Source of the DNA: Bispira polyomma
Taxonomy: Eukaryota
Assembly (NCBI GenBank): GCA_965649765.1
Contig: OZ287751.1
Span: 39,184,001 to 39,248,000 of the forward strand
DNA: 64,000 bases
Direction of reading: 5' to 3'
This document shows, in pieces, positions 49,736 through 61,566 of this stretch. Made by a program: the position numbers and the translations under genes. Within the stretch, counting starts at the first letter, position 1, and every line of letters starts with the position of its first letter. The notes beneath the pieces are model-generated. The model was not told the origin of the DNA. It searched no databases and saw nothing but the letters and a program-made list of their open reading frames with translations.

Positions 49736-52700
49736 TCAAAACTCAATGAGCGTGGCGTCCATGCTGATAATAGTATCATCTATATACCTAATCCATGCCC
49801 CCAGAGTGTCAGTATCCCCTACACTCAGTTCCATACCATTAATGAAGAAAGTAGGTGTTCCTGCCACACCACCTAAAGAATAAAAAAAAATACAGGATAT
49901 GAGTCAAATATGCTTCTGCATTTAAAAATGATTATTATTATGTTTTCACCTCTATTAAATTTGAATTGATTTGGGTTTTAGGTCGCTTTCAACAGCTTTG
50001 GTCATATTGCGCCGGCCAGGTTTAGTGTTTGGGGAAACCAGTGCTTCAGCACTGTAAACCACCGAACTATGGCAAGTACCTGACAAACTTTCTTACGTGA
50101 AGAAGGAATCTGTGGGATTCAATCCCCAGAGGTGAGAGGGCGGTGATGTTAAAGCAGACTCTTAAAACCACTTGGTGCTAATGAAGAAAATACAATGCTG
50201 TACATAATGCCATATTTATAGAACTATATGTGTAACTCACGTTTTGCTCCATATTTGAAGACCTTCTTACAGTGTTCTCTGTAACTGTCTATCTGGGCCT
50301 CAAACTTTGCAGGGTCTACCTGTGTGGATTCCACAGCCAGGGCAGTGATTTTCCTGAAATTTGCATGCATAGCTTTTACGTTTATTTCAACTGATTGTAG
50401 AAGTTTATAGAGTAATCTTTCATTTTTGTGTTAGTCAGTAAAATTATGAAATGGTTTTAGTTGTTTTTACTAATTTCACTACCCTTCATCTAGTACCCGT
50501 GTTTCTTCAGTTAGGCACTCCCCCAAGGCAACGCATTGTCAAAATGTGGGAAAACAAATACTGGACCCACCTTTTTGCCAAGCTTCAGGCCTCATCCCTC
50601 CACTAAATTTTTTCATGTAACTTTGGTTTTATGTAGTTTTTGTGTAATTCTAGTGCCAAATAATGTAAAAAAACACATATCCAAATAGATGGAGGCAATA
50701 TCTTAACATGGATATGACCTGTTTTGTATATAAAGTCGAAAATAACAAATGCAAATCTGTAAGAAAAGGTTTAATACACCCGTCTGTAACTATTATTATT
50801 ATATATTTTTTAACGCACTTAAACGATGCTACGCATTTTATAAAGCGCAACAGCAGAATCATTAACTACAACTATATACCATTATTAACAACAATTAAAA
50901 GATGAACTCTAAAATATACTGTATTTAGTATTGGTATGTTTTTGTTGTTTTGAAAATATACGAATAACAACATACTTGAGAACTTCCCATTCAGTATCAT
51001 TCCTTGTATTCATAACACCCAGTGGCTCCCACTGCGCTAACACAGCCCCGATATAGTCCAAAACTCTCTCAGGTTTGAGGTTTTGAATGACAAACATCCC
51101 CTGCAACATGGATTATCAATCAACTTTAGCTACACAACTAAATAATAAATCTGTGTTATGGTACATGATAATACATCCACTTTATGTATACATGTTATAT
51201 TACAATTGTCTTCATTGGTAAACGGGTTGTGCACTTGTTTTGAAACAGCTATTTAAGTCACTCAAATGCTGTATTATTCTAGGTATCAGTTTCACCCACT
51301 GAGTGGATCATAAAATGTGTTGCTGTTATTTGCTGTTGACAGTTTTGATATAGTATTCTGCAGGTTATGGCTATGGTTACTTAAGGAATCATTGTACTAT
51401 ATCAAGGGACTGTAATTTCTGATTAATCTCTTGTTTGGATCCACGCCCGAGTGATGTGAAGGCCATGTGAATGTAAAACTTGTGGTCATACACTCCAGAA
51501 GTATTTATGTGTCTATGTTAACTTTTAACAGAGATATAGAAACCATTGGTTTTGGGATGAGTCTGACCTCAAATTGACGTATATATTTTTGGCACTGGTG
51601 AATTTGAATTTATTTGGGTTTTACACCGATTTCAACAGCATTGGTCACATTGTGACGGCCCAAACTAGTGGTTTGAAAAACCAGTGCTGCAGCACTGCAA
51701 ACCACCGACCTACAGCAATCTGTGAAATTGAATCCCCAGAGATGAGAGGCCAGTGATTTTAAAGCAGACTCTTATAACCGCTGGGCCATCGCGGCCCCTT
51801 TTGCACTAGTGAATCTCCCCAATCCTTTGTTAGTGCTTGGTGTATTGATTGAAGAAGTGGATCAGTCAGATTAAAAGGTATACCATTCCATTGAGTTCAT
51901 AAACATTTTAAATGTCCCACTAGTCATTCAATGTTTTAACGGATACCATAGCCAATACTGTTTGAGAAACAAAAGGCAAATATTCATGTGAAAAGAAATT
52001 GATTTCCATTGAAAATAGTTTACTTGAGTTTTACTTGAAGAAAACAACAGAAAACAGTGTCTTACCTGGGTACAAAGTATAGCATTTCTATGGTATGGCA
52101 GAGGAAACATGTGCCCTTTTATGATGAGTTTGTCCTCATTCGTATAATGCCTGGCCAGAGGTCTGAGGATGTCTCTGTACGCCTCATAGCTGGATGGGCA
52201 GTTTAAGTCTGAAAACAACTAAATGTCATTTAAGGCCCTAGAAAACCATATTACATCACCATTAATATGTTAGTAAATTTTACCGTCTATTCTATCAATT
52301 ACTGCTGTCCTCTCCCTTGTGCTTAGACTGCCAAGGTCAAGAGCACTGGGAGGGTAAATTGGTGGTGTAGGTGCTGGGTGCTAACCCACGTTTACTGGCC
52401 GGAGCTGCCAATGCACCTGTGGCCCAGGCATTTAATTATATACACTTTACATTACATTGAGAATAACATTTAATAAATACAACGCATAAGCCTGAAAAAC
52501 CTCAGGTAGCCTGAAGACACAATGAGCGTAAGGAATTAGGTAAGGTACCTTTATGAATAACAGAACAGGCCTAGAAATAATAAGTAGTCTTAAAGTAGAC
52601 AGGTCAAACGTTAGGGTCAACTTAGTCTAAGGGTTAATGCAAATATGTTACCAAAAATATATTTTTTTTAATAAGTGTGGTGTATGTTATAAATAAATAC

Positions 52701-53559
52701 CTAAAAAGTGTTTTGTACCAAACTGGTGTTTATTATACTGGTTTGCTTGCCTACTGAACTTATCTCTTAGCTTCACATCAACTCAGGGAAACTGTGGTTT
52801 AGATTGAGTTCTCTGCCGCCGTTTTGTGGCTTTTGTAGCAACCGGCGACAAAGCAAAAATTACTATGTTCTTTTCAACGAAAAAAATACAGAATATTTTC
52901 AAATAATGATATTTATGTACACAGTCTCCTTCAAGTTGTAAATACATAAAAATATAGATGTATGTAATATGTACATATCCATATGGTGGGTTATGCAGTG
53001 ACATGATATGCCAAGCAATTACATTATTAGTGATACATTGGTAATACCTTCTGAAAGAGATTAAAAATTGATGGAACAAATTAATCTCAATTTCTCTTGT
53101 ATACCTTTCTACAAGTTGACGTGTATATGCGACCTGTCTTATCTACGAGACACAGGTCTTGATTTAACAGTGCTTAACATTTATTTATACATTAAACATA
53201 CCAAGGTAACATTAGAAAATTATATAACTAGTATTTTTTAACTTTCGGTTGTTCTTCAACTTTATTTTAACTTAAAATAGATGATGCCTATGTTGATATG
53301 TACATAATATGTTCCATGTCATTACATCATGTACAATATAAAATATTAGAAAATGTATGATATATTCCTACTTACCTAGAAAGGCTTCCAGTTTGACCAC
53401 TTGTGTAACATGAGATGTGGTTGGCTGTGAGATTAGCACACCAGGTTCTACAGCTGTTCTTGGTATCCTAGTGACAATCTCCCCTACATTGCCACCAATA
53501 GAAACCAGCAGTACACAGCCGAGAAGAACCAGTTGTCCGGCCCAAAAGGATGCCATCAT
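49736..53559 (-). CDS. A2: paralogue of A1, secreted CxxS thioredoxin/DsbA-fold protein; exons 53559-53376, 52208-52066, 51100-50976, 50353-50241, 49872-49736
   Basis: Spliced frame is open: signal-like N-terminus, IPRTAVEPG, LEAFLDLNCPSS, FPLPYHRNA, KYGAKRGVAGTPTFFING. Intron positions and phases match A1. Confidence 0.9.
49958..50174 (-). mobile_element. tRNA-derived SINE in A2 intron 4
   Basis: Same family as 27730 and 36645. Confidence 0.75.
51600..51797 (-). mobile_element. tRNA-derived SINE in A2 intron 2
   Basis: Reverse complement begins GGGGCCGCGATGGCCCAGCGGTTA. GCACT(G/A)GTGAAT flanks both sides, which may be a TSD. Confidence 0.75.
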
Positions 53560-55209
53560 CAGACTACAGATCAATGTCCACAAAAAATCAGAGCCAAGTG
53601 TCTGGCCTGGTGAATCCAAAGTTCTGTTTTAATTTTGTTTAAAGTATAATTACGTTTATGCTGTTTCAGATTGATTCCTGTTGTATATATATAAACACAT
53701 AAATGTGGTGTATAGTGTTTTTGATAGATATGTGTATGTACACTTATCCACCAAACTCCCTTTATTTGAAGCCTGATAACTCCCTCTGCCACTGGAAAAT
53801 CTTCCAGCTCTCTCTATATATATACAGAAGGATCAACCTGATAACAGGTGGTTAATATTGGTTTATCACATGTTCTATAGAAAATATGACATCTGTGTAA
53901 AAAAAGCACAACATACTGCAAGCTGTATGTACTTTTGATATATTTTTATAGTTAAAACAAATACAACACCTGTTTCATCCGTCTCATTGTGTATTGTCCT
54001 TATTGAATTGGTTTGATATATTATTTTTAGAAATATTATACATGATCAACATTATTTTTAGTAGAACACCTGATGTAAGGCCACTCTGGAGTACATACTG
54101 CACATTACTCAACCCCTATAAATACATTAATGGAAAAAATGCAATGGGCTTTAAAAATTAATTTGTAATCTACTTTTTCTTTTGGTTATATATGATATGC
54201 AGGCGAATTATTACTGTAGATATTACATTTTTAAAGTTACTTAGCTTGGGGTGCCGGGCCACGTATGCAGGTAAAATATACGCAGGCATTATGGCCCAAC
54301 TTGACATTAGGTTATTATAATTTTATAGTGCATTGTGATGATGCACTGTTGTTATTTACATACGATATATACATATATGTGGTTAATAGCACGTACTGGC
54401 GCAAGGAAAGTAGGGGCCGACGACCCACATGATATTTTAAACCTTTGCCTCAAATTTTAGCTGAAAGAAAATTTTACTAATTTACAATTTTTAAGATGAA
54501 ATTTACTGCAACATTAATTTTCACTACTGACCCATTTTAGTCAAAGGTTTTTATATTTCCACTGGGAACTAATTTTTATTCTTGAGTTTTTTTTAGGTCA
54601 GAGACCTTTTAACGTGATCGTTGGCTGGGGGTCTTAATGTTGTACGATGGGTCTAAGATGAACCATGTAGGGGGTGTAGGTTTATTGATAATATTCATGA
54701 AAACATATATGTTTTTTAATCATGGTTAATGTTATATTTGTCTCATATGTATGGTTGACATCTTTCTTTTATATAGGTGGACTGATAGAAGTTTATTTCA
54801 TTAAATTGAATAATAGATCGATGTAAAAAACAATGTTTTATGTTGAAAGCTAACACATCTTTTTTTACTTAACAGCTGAACTAATTAGAAAGTAGGTCAT
54901 ATAACTAAGCGAAATGGTTACTACTAAGGCCTAGAATTATACTTGGAACGGAATAGACCTGCGAAAGTATCAGTGTATAATAAAGCGGTCTTCACCTCCC
55001 ACCGACCTGCCTTTTTAAAAGGCTATTCTTGTTGGGGGTCTAGCGCCACATAAAACAGCTGAGTGTCTATTTATATGATATGTCCAATAACAGAGAAGGA
55101 AATATTTTAACAAAAACAAATTTGAATTAGTCATATTGTATGTGAGGAATAGGAAAAACGGAATGATATTTTTATCATCTATTTTAATGTACTTAACTGG
55201 TCAGTTTAT

Positions 55210-55440
55210 AGGGGCGAATACACCTGTCCGATATTGCTTCCGAATCCGTCATTTGACGTCCGTTTCCGTCATCCGATAAAAATCAAAATATAATGAAATA
55301 GAGAAATTGAATGCACCTGGCCGACGTCATCTCCGATTCGGGAGTCGATTTTTCAAAATATACATATAGCAATTTGGATGACGAAAACGGACGTTGGATG
55401 ACGGATTCGGAAGCAAAATCGGACAGGTATATCCGCCGCT
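55210..55440. mobile_element. CpG-rich hairpin MITE; shorter relative at about 56021-56130
   Basis: ~65-bp inverted arms ATACACCTGTCCGAT..TGCTTCCGAATCCGTCAT and ATGACGGATTCGGAAGCA..ATCGGACAGGTATAT. Confidence 0.75.
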
Positions 55441-57997
55441 TTAAACGATCGTAGGTCCAGAAAGAAAGTATCAAAATTCAAATAACATTTTTAAATGTAG
55501 TGTAAAATACATATTTAGTTGAAGTGTAAATTAAATATTTAGTTTATTAAATGGTTGCAATTATGTTACCACTACATTTATCAGAAAATAACGTAGAGGC
55601 ACTTTGATAGCAATGCATACCGCTTGAGTTTTATTTGTGACTAAAAGGCCTAAAGGCCCTCGTACACCAATAAGTTTACATAATGTAGTGACACTTTGTG
55701 TTTATATACATAATAAGACTGCATGGTTTATTTCAATTCACCATTAAAACTCTAACAACATTTTGAGATCTTTAGATATTACTCTCTGAAAAACTAACAT
55801 CTCATAAAATTATATTATCTATAAAGTTATTTTTGTTGATGACAGTAGTAATACTGATTGATCAATAATTTTCAAGAGCTTCTCTTGAAAACATGTAAAT
55901 ATAAGGACATAGATAATTTCAACGGGATGACTAAAATCAGATGACTTTATCCTGTGTGTTCAGTAGGTATCTTTATATTGGCTTGTTTAATAACCAGTAC
56001 CGTTTTACTAAAATGCTTTACAGGGTGAATATACCTATCTGATTTCACTTCCGTCATCTGAATCCTTATCCGAAAAAATCGAAAGATGCCGGATTCAAAT
56101 GCAAAATCTGGCAGGTGTATTTTTACACTTTGATGCATACATTTTCGTGGCAAATTAAGACTAAACAAACAAGCAACAAGTTACTTTAGACTGTGTTGAT
56201 CGATTTTGCAACTTGTGTCAATTAATTATAATGTTGAAGTATGTTATATATTATATATTATGACTATTTTACTGCACATTCTGTTGTACTGGTCTCATGT
56301 GATTTCACTTGCACGCATAAATTTGTTTCATGTTTTATTATTATTAATCAAACCATGTGAATGATTCTATTTAAAAAACAAAGAACTAAACTAATCAATT
56401 ACAGCACAGATAATTATTTCTGAGCCAATAATGTCTTCATTAATTCTGAGAATACAAACAAGAAAAAAGACACACATACAATGTAGCTAAAAACCCACAG
56501 GTCATGTGGCGTATGTCTGTCACTGAGACTTCACATCTCCAAGGCAGCAACATGCTACTAATACCTAGGTCTCATTTACATGGATGCCCATCACAAACAC
56601 ACCACAGACCTCTTTGCTACGGTCAGTGACAGAAGGTTTCAACTTTGTGTCAAGTTTGTCTACATTGGGATCATTTCGGAAGTCTTCGTTGATTTCCGTG
56701 AGCATTAGTCTCGCTGTCACAAAAGTTTTGGTATACATCTTACATTTTGATTAGTTTGGGTTTGGTTTTTAATCGTCAGTTGCAGGTTGTGTTGGCACAC
56801 TGTGGTTCGTTTAGCAATAGTTACCATTAGTAGCAGTTGGGAATGTTCTTTGCGATTGGTGATATATTAGTGGGGATTTGCTATTGTCCGTTATGTGTTC
56901 GTTTCTCATTAGTGGGTGTTAGTGAAGATATATTTCATTTCTGCGGCACGACAGCTTCGGCTTAGGGGGGATTTTGGGAAGGTGAAGGGAGGGGGGATGC
57001 GTTTGTCGAGTAACACGAGATACGTGGCGTAACCACCTGCTATGAATGGTCACAGATGGACTTCTGAATGAGACCGGCCCTTAAGTATTGTAGTTTTACA
57101 TACTAGAGTACTTCTACTAATTATGAGTCGTCGAGCTGATAAAATAGCAAAGGCTAAAGTTCAGCTTTTTTGTTAGTTGATACGAGGTGTGTGGTGGATA
57201 GTATACAGTCTTGGCTCTTGGTGATAATAACTATTGAACCTAGTGATATAGATACTGACATGCACAATTACCTGATTCATTCACTGAAATATATGATACT
57301 TGTATGTATTTGTGTCACACAGTCTATAGGTAAACCCAGAAATATATTGGTGGGTAAAAAAGATTTTGGTATATTGATGAGTTCATAAGTACACCACACC
57401 AATATAGGTATTCGTGTGGAATTACTATTAAAGTATAACCAGGTATTTACATCTCAGGAGGAAACATATCAGTTGAAAAAACGAGGAAGTGCACGTGGTC
57501 TTGTGTGAAATAGACATATATATTTGACAATTCCAGGTAAGACATAATTTAATTTTATATACCAAGGCATTTATAAAAATCATGACACTATGACGTCAGT
57601 TCTTTTGTATAATAAATCGGTTGATACAAGTTGATTTTATATTTGAATGTAAAACAATTGACCAAAATAATACCTTTAGTATAATTTAAAACTGAATTTA
57701 GTGATGCCCATATTTTGGTATTAAGTTACCACACATGAATGTTGCAGTCAGTATCTCACTATTGATTTGATTTACCACATGGAATAAATTAATGGAGTTG
57801 AAGAATAAACACCCAAAAATAAAGTAATCTTGACATCTGTAAAAATGTCTCAACAGAGTTCTGCTACATTCTTCACCTACACCACTTTGTCATATATCAT
57901 ATACCATTAATTTAAAGCTATTTTGTTCAAACTGACCTCAATAATTTACTTATTTTCATCCAGATTCATCAAGTTTTCCCTTGCCTGTCTCTGTCAC

Positions 57998-60504
57998 ATG
58001 ATGTTACACATACTATATCTGGGACTTGCCGCCATCTTGTTGTCATGGATATCCTTGGTTTCTGCCAATGAATGTCCAGCTGACTGCCAGTGCGTTGAAC
58101 TTGGTCTTGTGAGTTGCAAGAATTTGGTGGCATTTCCGGAGCCCACTGAAATCCCGCACGGAACGTCTGAGATCATTCTACAGAGCTGTGACCTAGGGAT
58201 CATTGAAAGCGTCCCAGACTATGGACCATCAATTCGGAACTTGTTCGTAATTAACAGCAATATCAGACAGATCGCGGATCATGCCTTTTCGAACCTGACA
58301 CAATTAAGGGTATTGTACCTTAATAGCAACAAACTCAAGACACTGACGAAGGACACATTCAGTGGCCTGGATCAGCTGGAAGAACTGAATCTGGGCAGTA
58401 ATCTGATAGAGAGACTGGCCAATAGGTTCTTAGACAACCTGCCTTCATTGACCCAACTTGACCTAAACAACAACAAAAACATCAGCTTTGATGTAAAGGC
58501 CTTCGAAGACTCCCCGTTACAACAACTGTCAGTGGAACACTGTGGTCTGAACACCAGTAAAACCTCAGTCTTCAAACAAGCCACTGCTTTAACGTCACTG
58601 GACCTGGATCATAATAGCCTCAATAAGTTACCTCCCGGAGTTCTTGAAGGATTGACAGATCTACAGCAACTTTACCTTGCGGACTGTAACATCACTGAAG
58701 TAGACGCTCGGGCTTTTGATGGTTTGGTCAAATTGGAAACACTGGACTTATCATTTAATCGTCTGGAAGGTTTGCACGAGGACGTAGTGCATGACATACA
58801 CCATACTCTGCAGACTCTTCTGCTGCAGCATAATAATCTGACAGGATTAAGTGTAAGTATACTTGATGAATGATGTGTTATAATTGTAATATCTCATTGT
58901 ATGACTCGTTTAAATATGATGTATGAAGTACAGTTAAATAATATTTAGAAATAGAGGTAAAATTCTACAAAAATGTTAGGATAATAGAGGTTTTACTGTT
59001 GTTCAGGGATATGTTTACTATTACAGAGTATACATTTAACACATACTGGCACTTGGTACTTCATTACTCAATATTTACTACTTCACAGTACACATTTAAC
59101 ACATACCTTCACTTGGTACTTCAGTCATCTATGTTTACTATTACAGAGTATACATTTAACACATACCCGCACTTGGTACTTTAGTACTCTATGTTTACCA
59201 TTTCACAGTACATATTTAACATATACCCTCACTTGGTACTATGGTAATCTATGTTTACCATTTCACAGTACATATTTAACACTTACCCTCACTTGGTACT
59301 TCGGTAATCTATGTTTACCATTTCACAGTACACATTTACCACATACCCTCACTCAATAGTTCAGTACTATGTTTACTATTTCACAGTACAAATTTAACAC
59401 GTACCATCACTTGGGCCTGGAGGGAAATCCCTGGCATTGCGACTGTTCGCTGAACTGGATGAAAGACATAGAATTCCAATCTGGAGAAAACGTCACGTAA
59501 GTAGCTGGTCCCTTCTCTACTTTTTGTATTTATTTGGGGTATATATTGCTTAAACATGTTTTGTGGTATATCACGACAGGCAGTTCAATAGAGGACATCA
59601 GAATAGCGTAGTTGGTCAAGGCTTTTTGCTCTGCAAACCAATGCACAATCAAAATCATAGGCAATGTCGATATCATATATCATAGGACTATGTCATGTTA
59701 TGGGGCTATGATAAAGACATTAAGAGAAGCAATAATGAAGGAGATATGACATGTTTCACATTTATGACCCTAGTTGGCCTTAAAGGGTTTCAGGGGAATT
59801 TTAAAGGCCCATTAGACTGGCAACTCATGGTTTTCTATATCTTCAATAATAATTCCTGTGCCAAAAGAAAATAACTTAAATAAAAAAAATCATTTTGATA
59901 GCATTTGTAATAAGGGAGATATATTTAAGGGAGGCCATGATGCGACAGTGGCGAGAAAACCGGGGGTGAATCCAAATAAGCACCCTTTCCAAGGGATGCT
60001 TAATTATCTGGATCTGCACCAAACTTTCATGGTTTCTTCCTCGGCCTATTATCTCCTAGCCTACAATCGGTTCAGTGGTTTATTAGTCGTAACCATGATA
60101 ACAAATTAAACGAACAAATCAACTGAAAGGGGAGAAAACATAAACTCCTTCTAGGCAGAGGCAATAAACATAGCATATAGAATTGTATTAAATATTTGCA
60201 TCTCTGTGTTTTCACACTTTACTATAGTTGTGCCATGCCTAATGAGGTCAAAGGTCAACAGGTGTACAACGTGACGTCATCCCAGCATTGTCGTTGTGGT
60301 TACGAAGGCTGTCAGGGGAAAGCTAGGGTTGCATTGTACATCTTCATCCCTGTACTCATAGTGTGCTCACTTCTCATTGGCTACTACCTTTTCAAAATCC
60401 TCAGAAACCGGAAGCTAAAGGCGCAGAGGACGTCCATCAGATACCGCTCTGTTTACAAGGATACGGTTGAAACATCCGGGGATAACGTGCCACTGAAAAC
60501 CTGA
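57998..60504 (+). CDS. L2: single-pass LRR membrane protein; exons 57998-58852, 59387-59496, 60228-60504
   Basis: Signal peptide, CPADCQC cap, about 9-10 LRRs, spliced GNPWHCDC, phase-2 intron into CAMP (same position as in L1), TM VALYIFIPVLIVCSLLIGYYLF, ~35-aa tail. Probable 5'UTR intron 57537-57963. Confidence 0.9.
59011..59414 (+). repeat. 60-bp minisatellite, 7 copies, spanning the acceptor of the L2 LRRCT exon
   Basis: Unit ATGTTTAC(T/C)ATTTCACAG|TACACATTTAACACATACCCTCACTTGGTACTTCAGTAATCT. The last copy is the true exon start. Confidence 0.93.
59940..60168 (-). mobile_element. Two adjacent HINE-like 5'-end fragments in the last L2 intron
   Basis: 59940-60003 is the reverse of the 17815 element's 5' end (AAGGGATGCTTAA). 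60004-60168 ends AAAACATAAACTCCTTCTAGGCAGAGGCAATAA. Confidence 0.55.
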
Positions 60505-60729
60505 ACATGCTTAAAATCTCGAGATGTAATTATAATAACCTGGCGAAATTCTAGAATTTACTGGACAGGGTGTAACTTTATTGAAAGTAGTTTTTGCCTA
60601 CTCTTACAGCATTATGGCATTCTCACGGACAGATACAGCGAAGTATCTCTTCTATAATCCCTATAGTCCCTGTGTCTCAATGTAGACATCCGCACAATTC
60701 ACAACAAAAGGAGGGTTAATTTATTTATA

Positions 60730-61566
60730 TGTGGGGGTTCACACTTTCACAATCTATAGAGCCATTTACTCGTCATTTCAAGATCTTGTCTGATCTGGAG
60801 AAAACTTTTAACATAATGTTAAAGTGCTTTCTTACATCTTTAACGCCACAATCGATGACCAGGCATCCTCTCTCTGGTGCACATTCCAATTAGTAAGTAA
60901 AAGAATAGTTCGATAGGAGAAAAGGTTTTTGTGATTAGAGTTCAGTCGTGAACACAAGATGCAAGTTAAAACTGACGATATGGGCATAAACTAGAGAGAT
61001 TGGCACAATCTGGTGTCAGCGCCAGAAATTTTTAGCATGTTAAAAACTTCCGTGGATGGTCGGCTCTAAAAGCTACATCTAGAGGGAACTGGAGAGAACT
61101 GGATAGGTCACAGCATAATCTGGGCATAATCTTGTCCAAACTTGTGCGGTTGTGTAAGAAACGGCTGAAATCAGGTAGATTGGGACAGAATGTATCATGG
61201 TCTTGGCTTATGTTGTGTGATCTGGACAGGACTGGTATAATCTGGAGCAAATGTTGCATAAACGTGTCATGATCTGCTCAGATCTGTTTAGATCTTGTAT
61301 GGTCTGGTATGAACATAGCATAGTCTGGTTATAATCTTGCAAGGTCTGGTAAAATCTGGGAATATCCTGGACATAAACTGGGCATATCCCAGATATAAAC
61401 TGGACTTATCCTGGGCATGATCAGCTGAGATTGTATCATACACTTGGGAAGATGTGAGATATGCAAATGGGCATTTTTATCATTCTGTCCCGACCAGCGT
61501 AGATCTTCGAATCTTGGGCAGACTTGTATCATTTTGGGTGAGATCTTGATAATGTGAACGCCACCT
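60730..61566. mobile_element. Harbinger-type non-autonomous element
   Basis: Imperfect ~25-bp TIRs GTGGGGGTTCACACTTTCACAATCT and AGATCTTGATAATGTGAACGCCACC, with many internal ATCTGG/AGATCT motifs. Confidence 0.65.
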
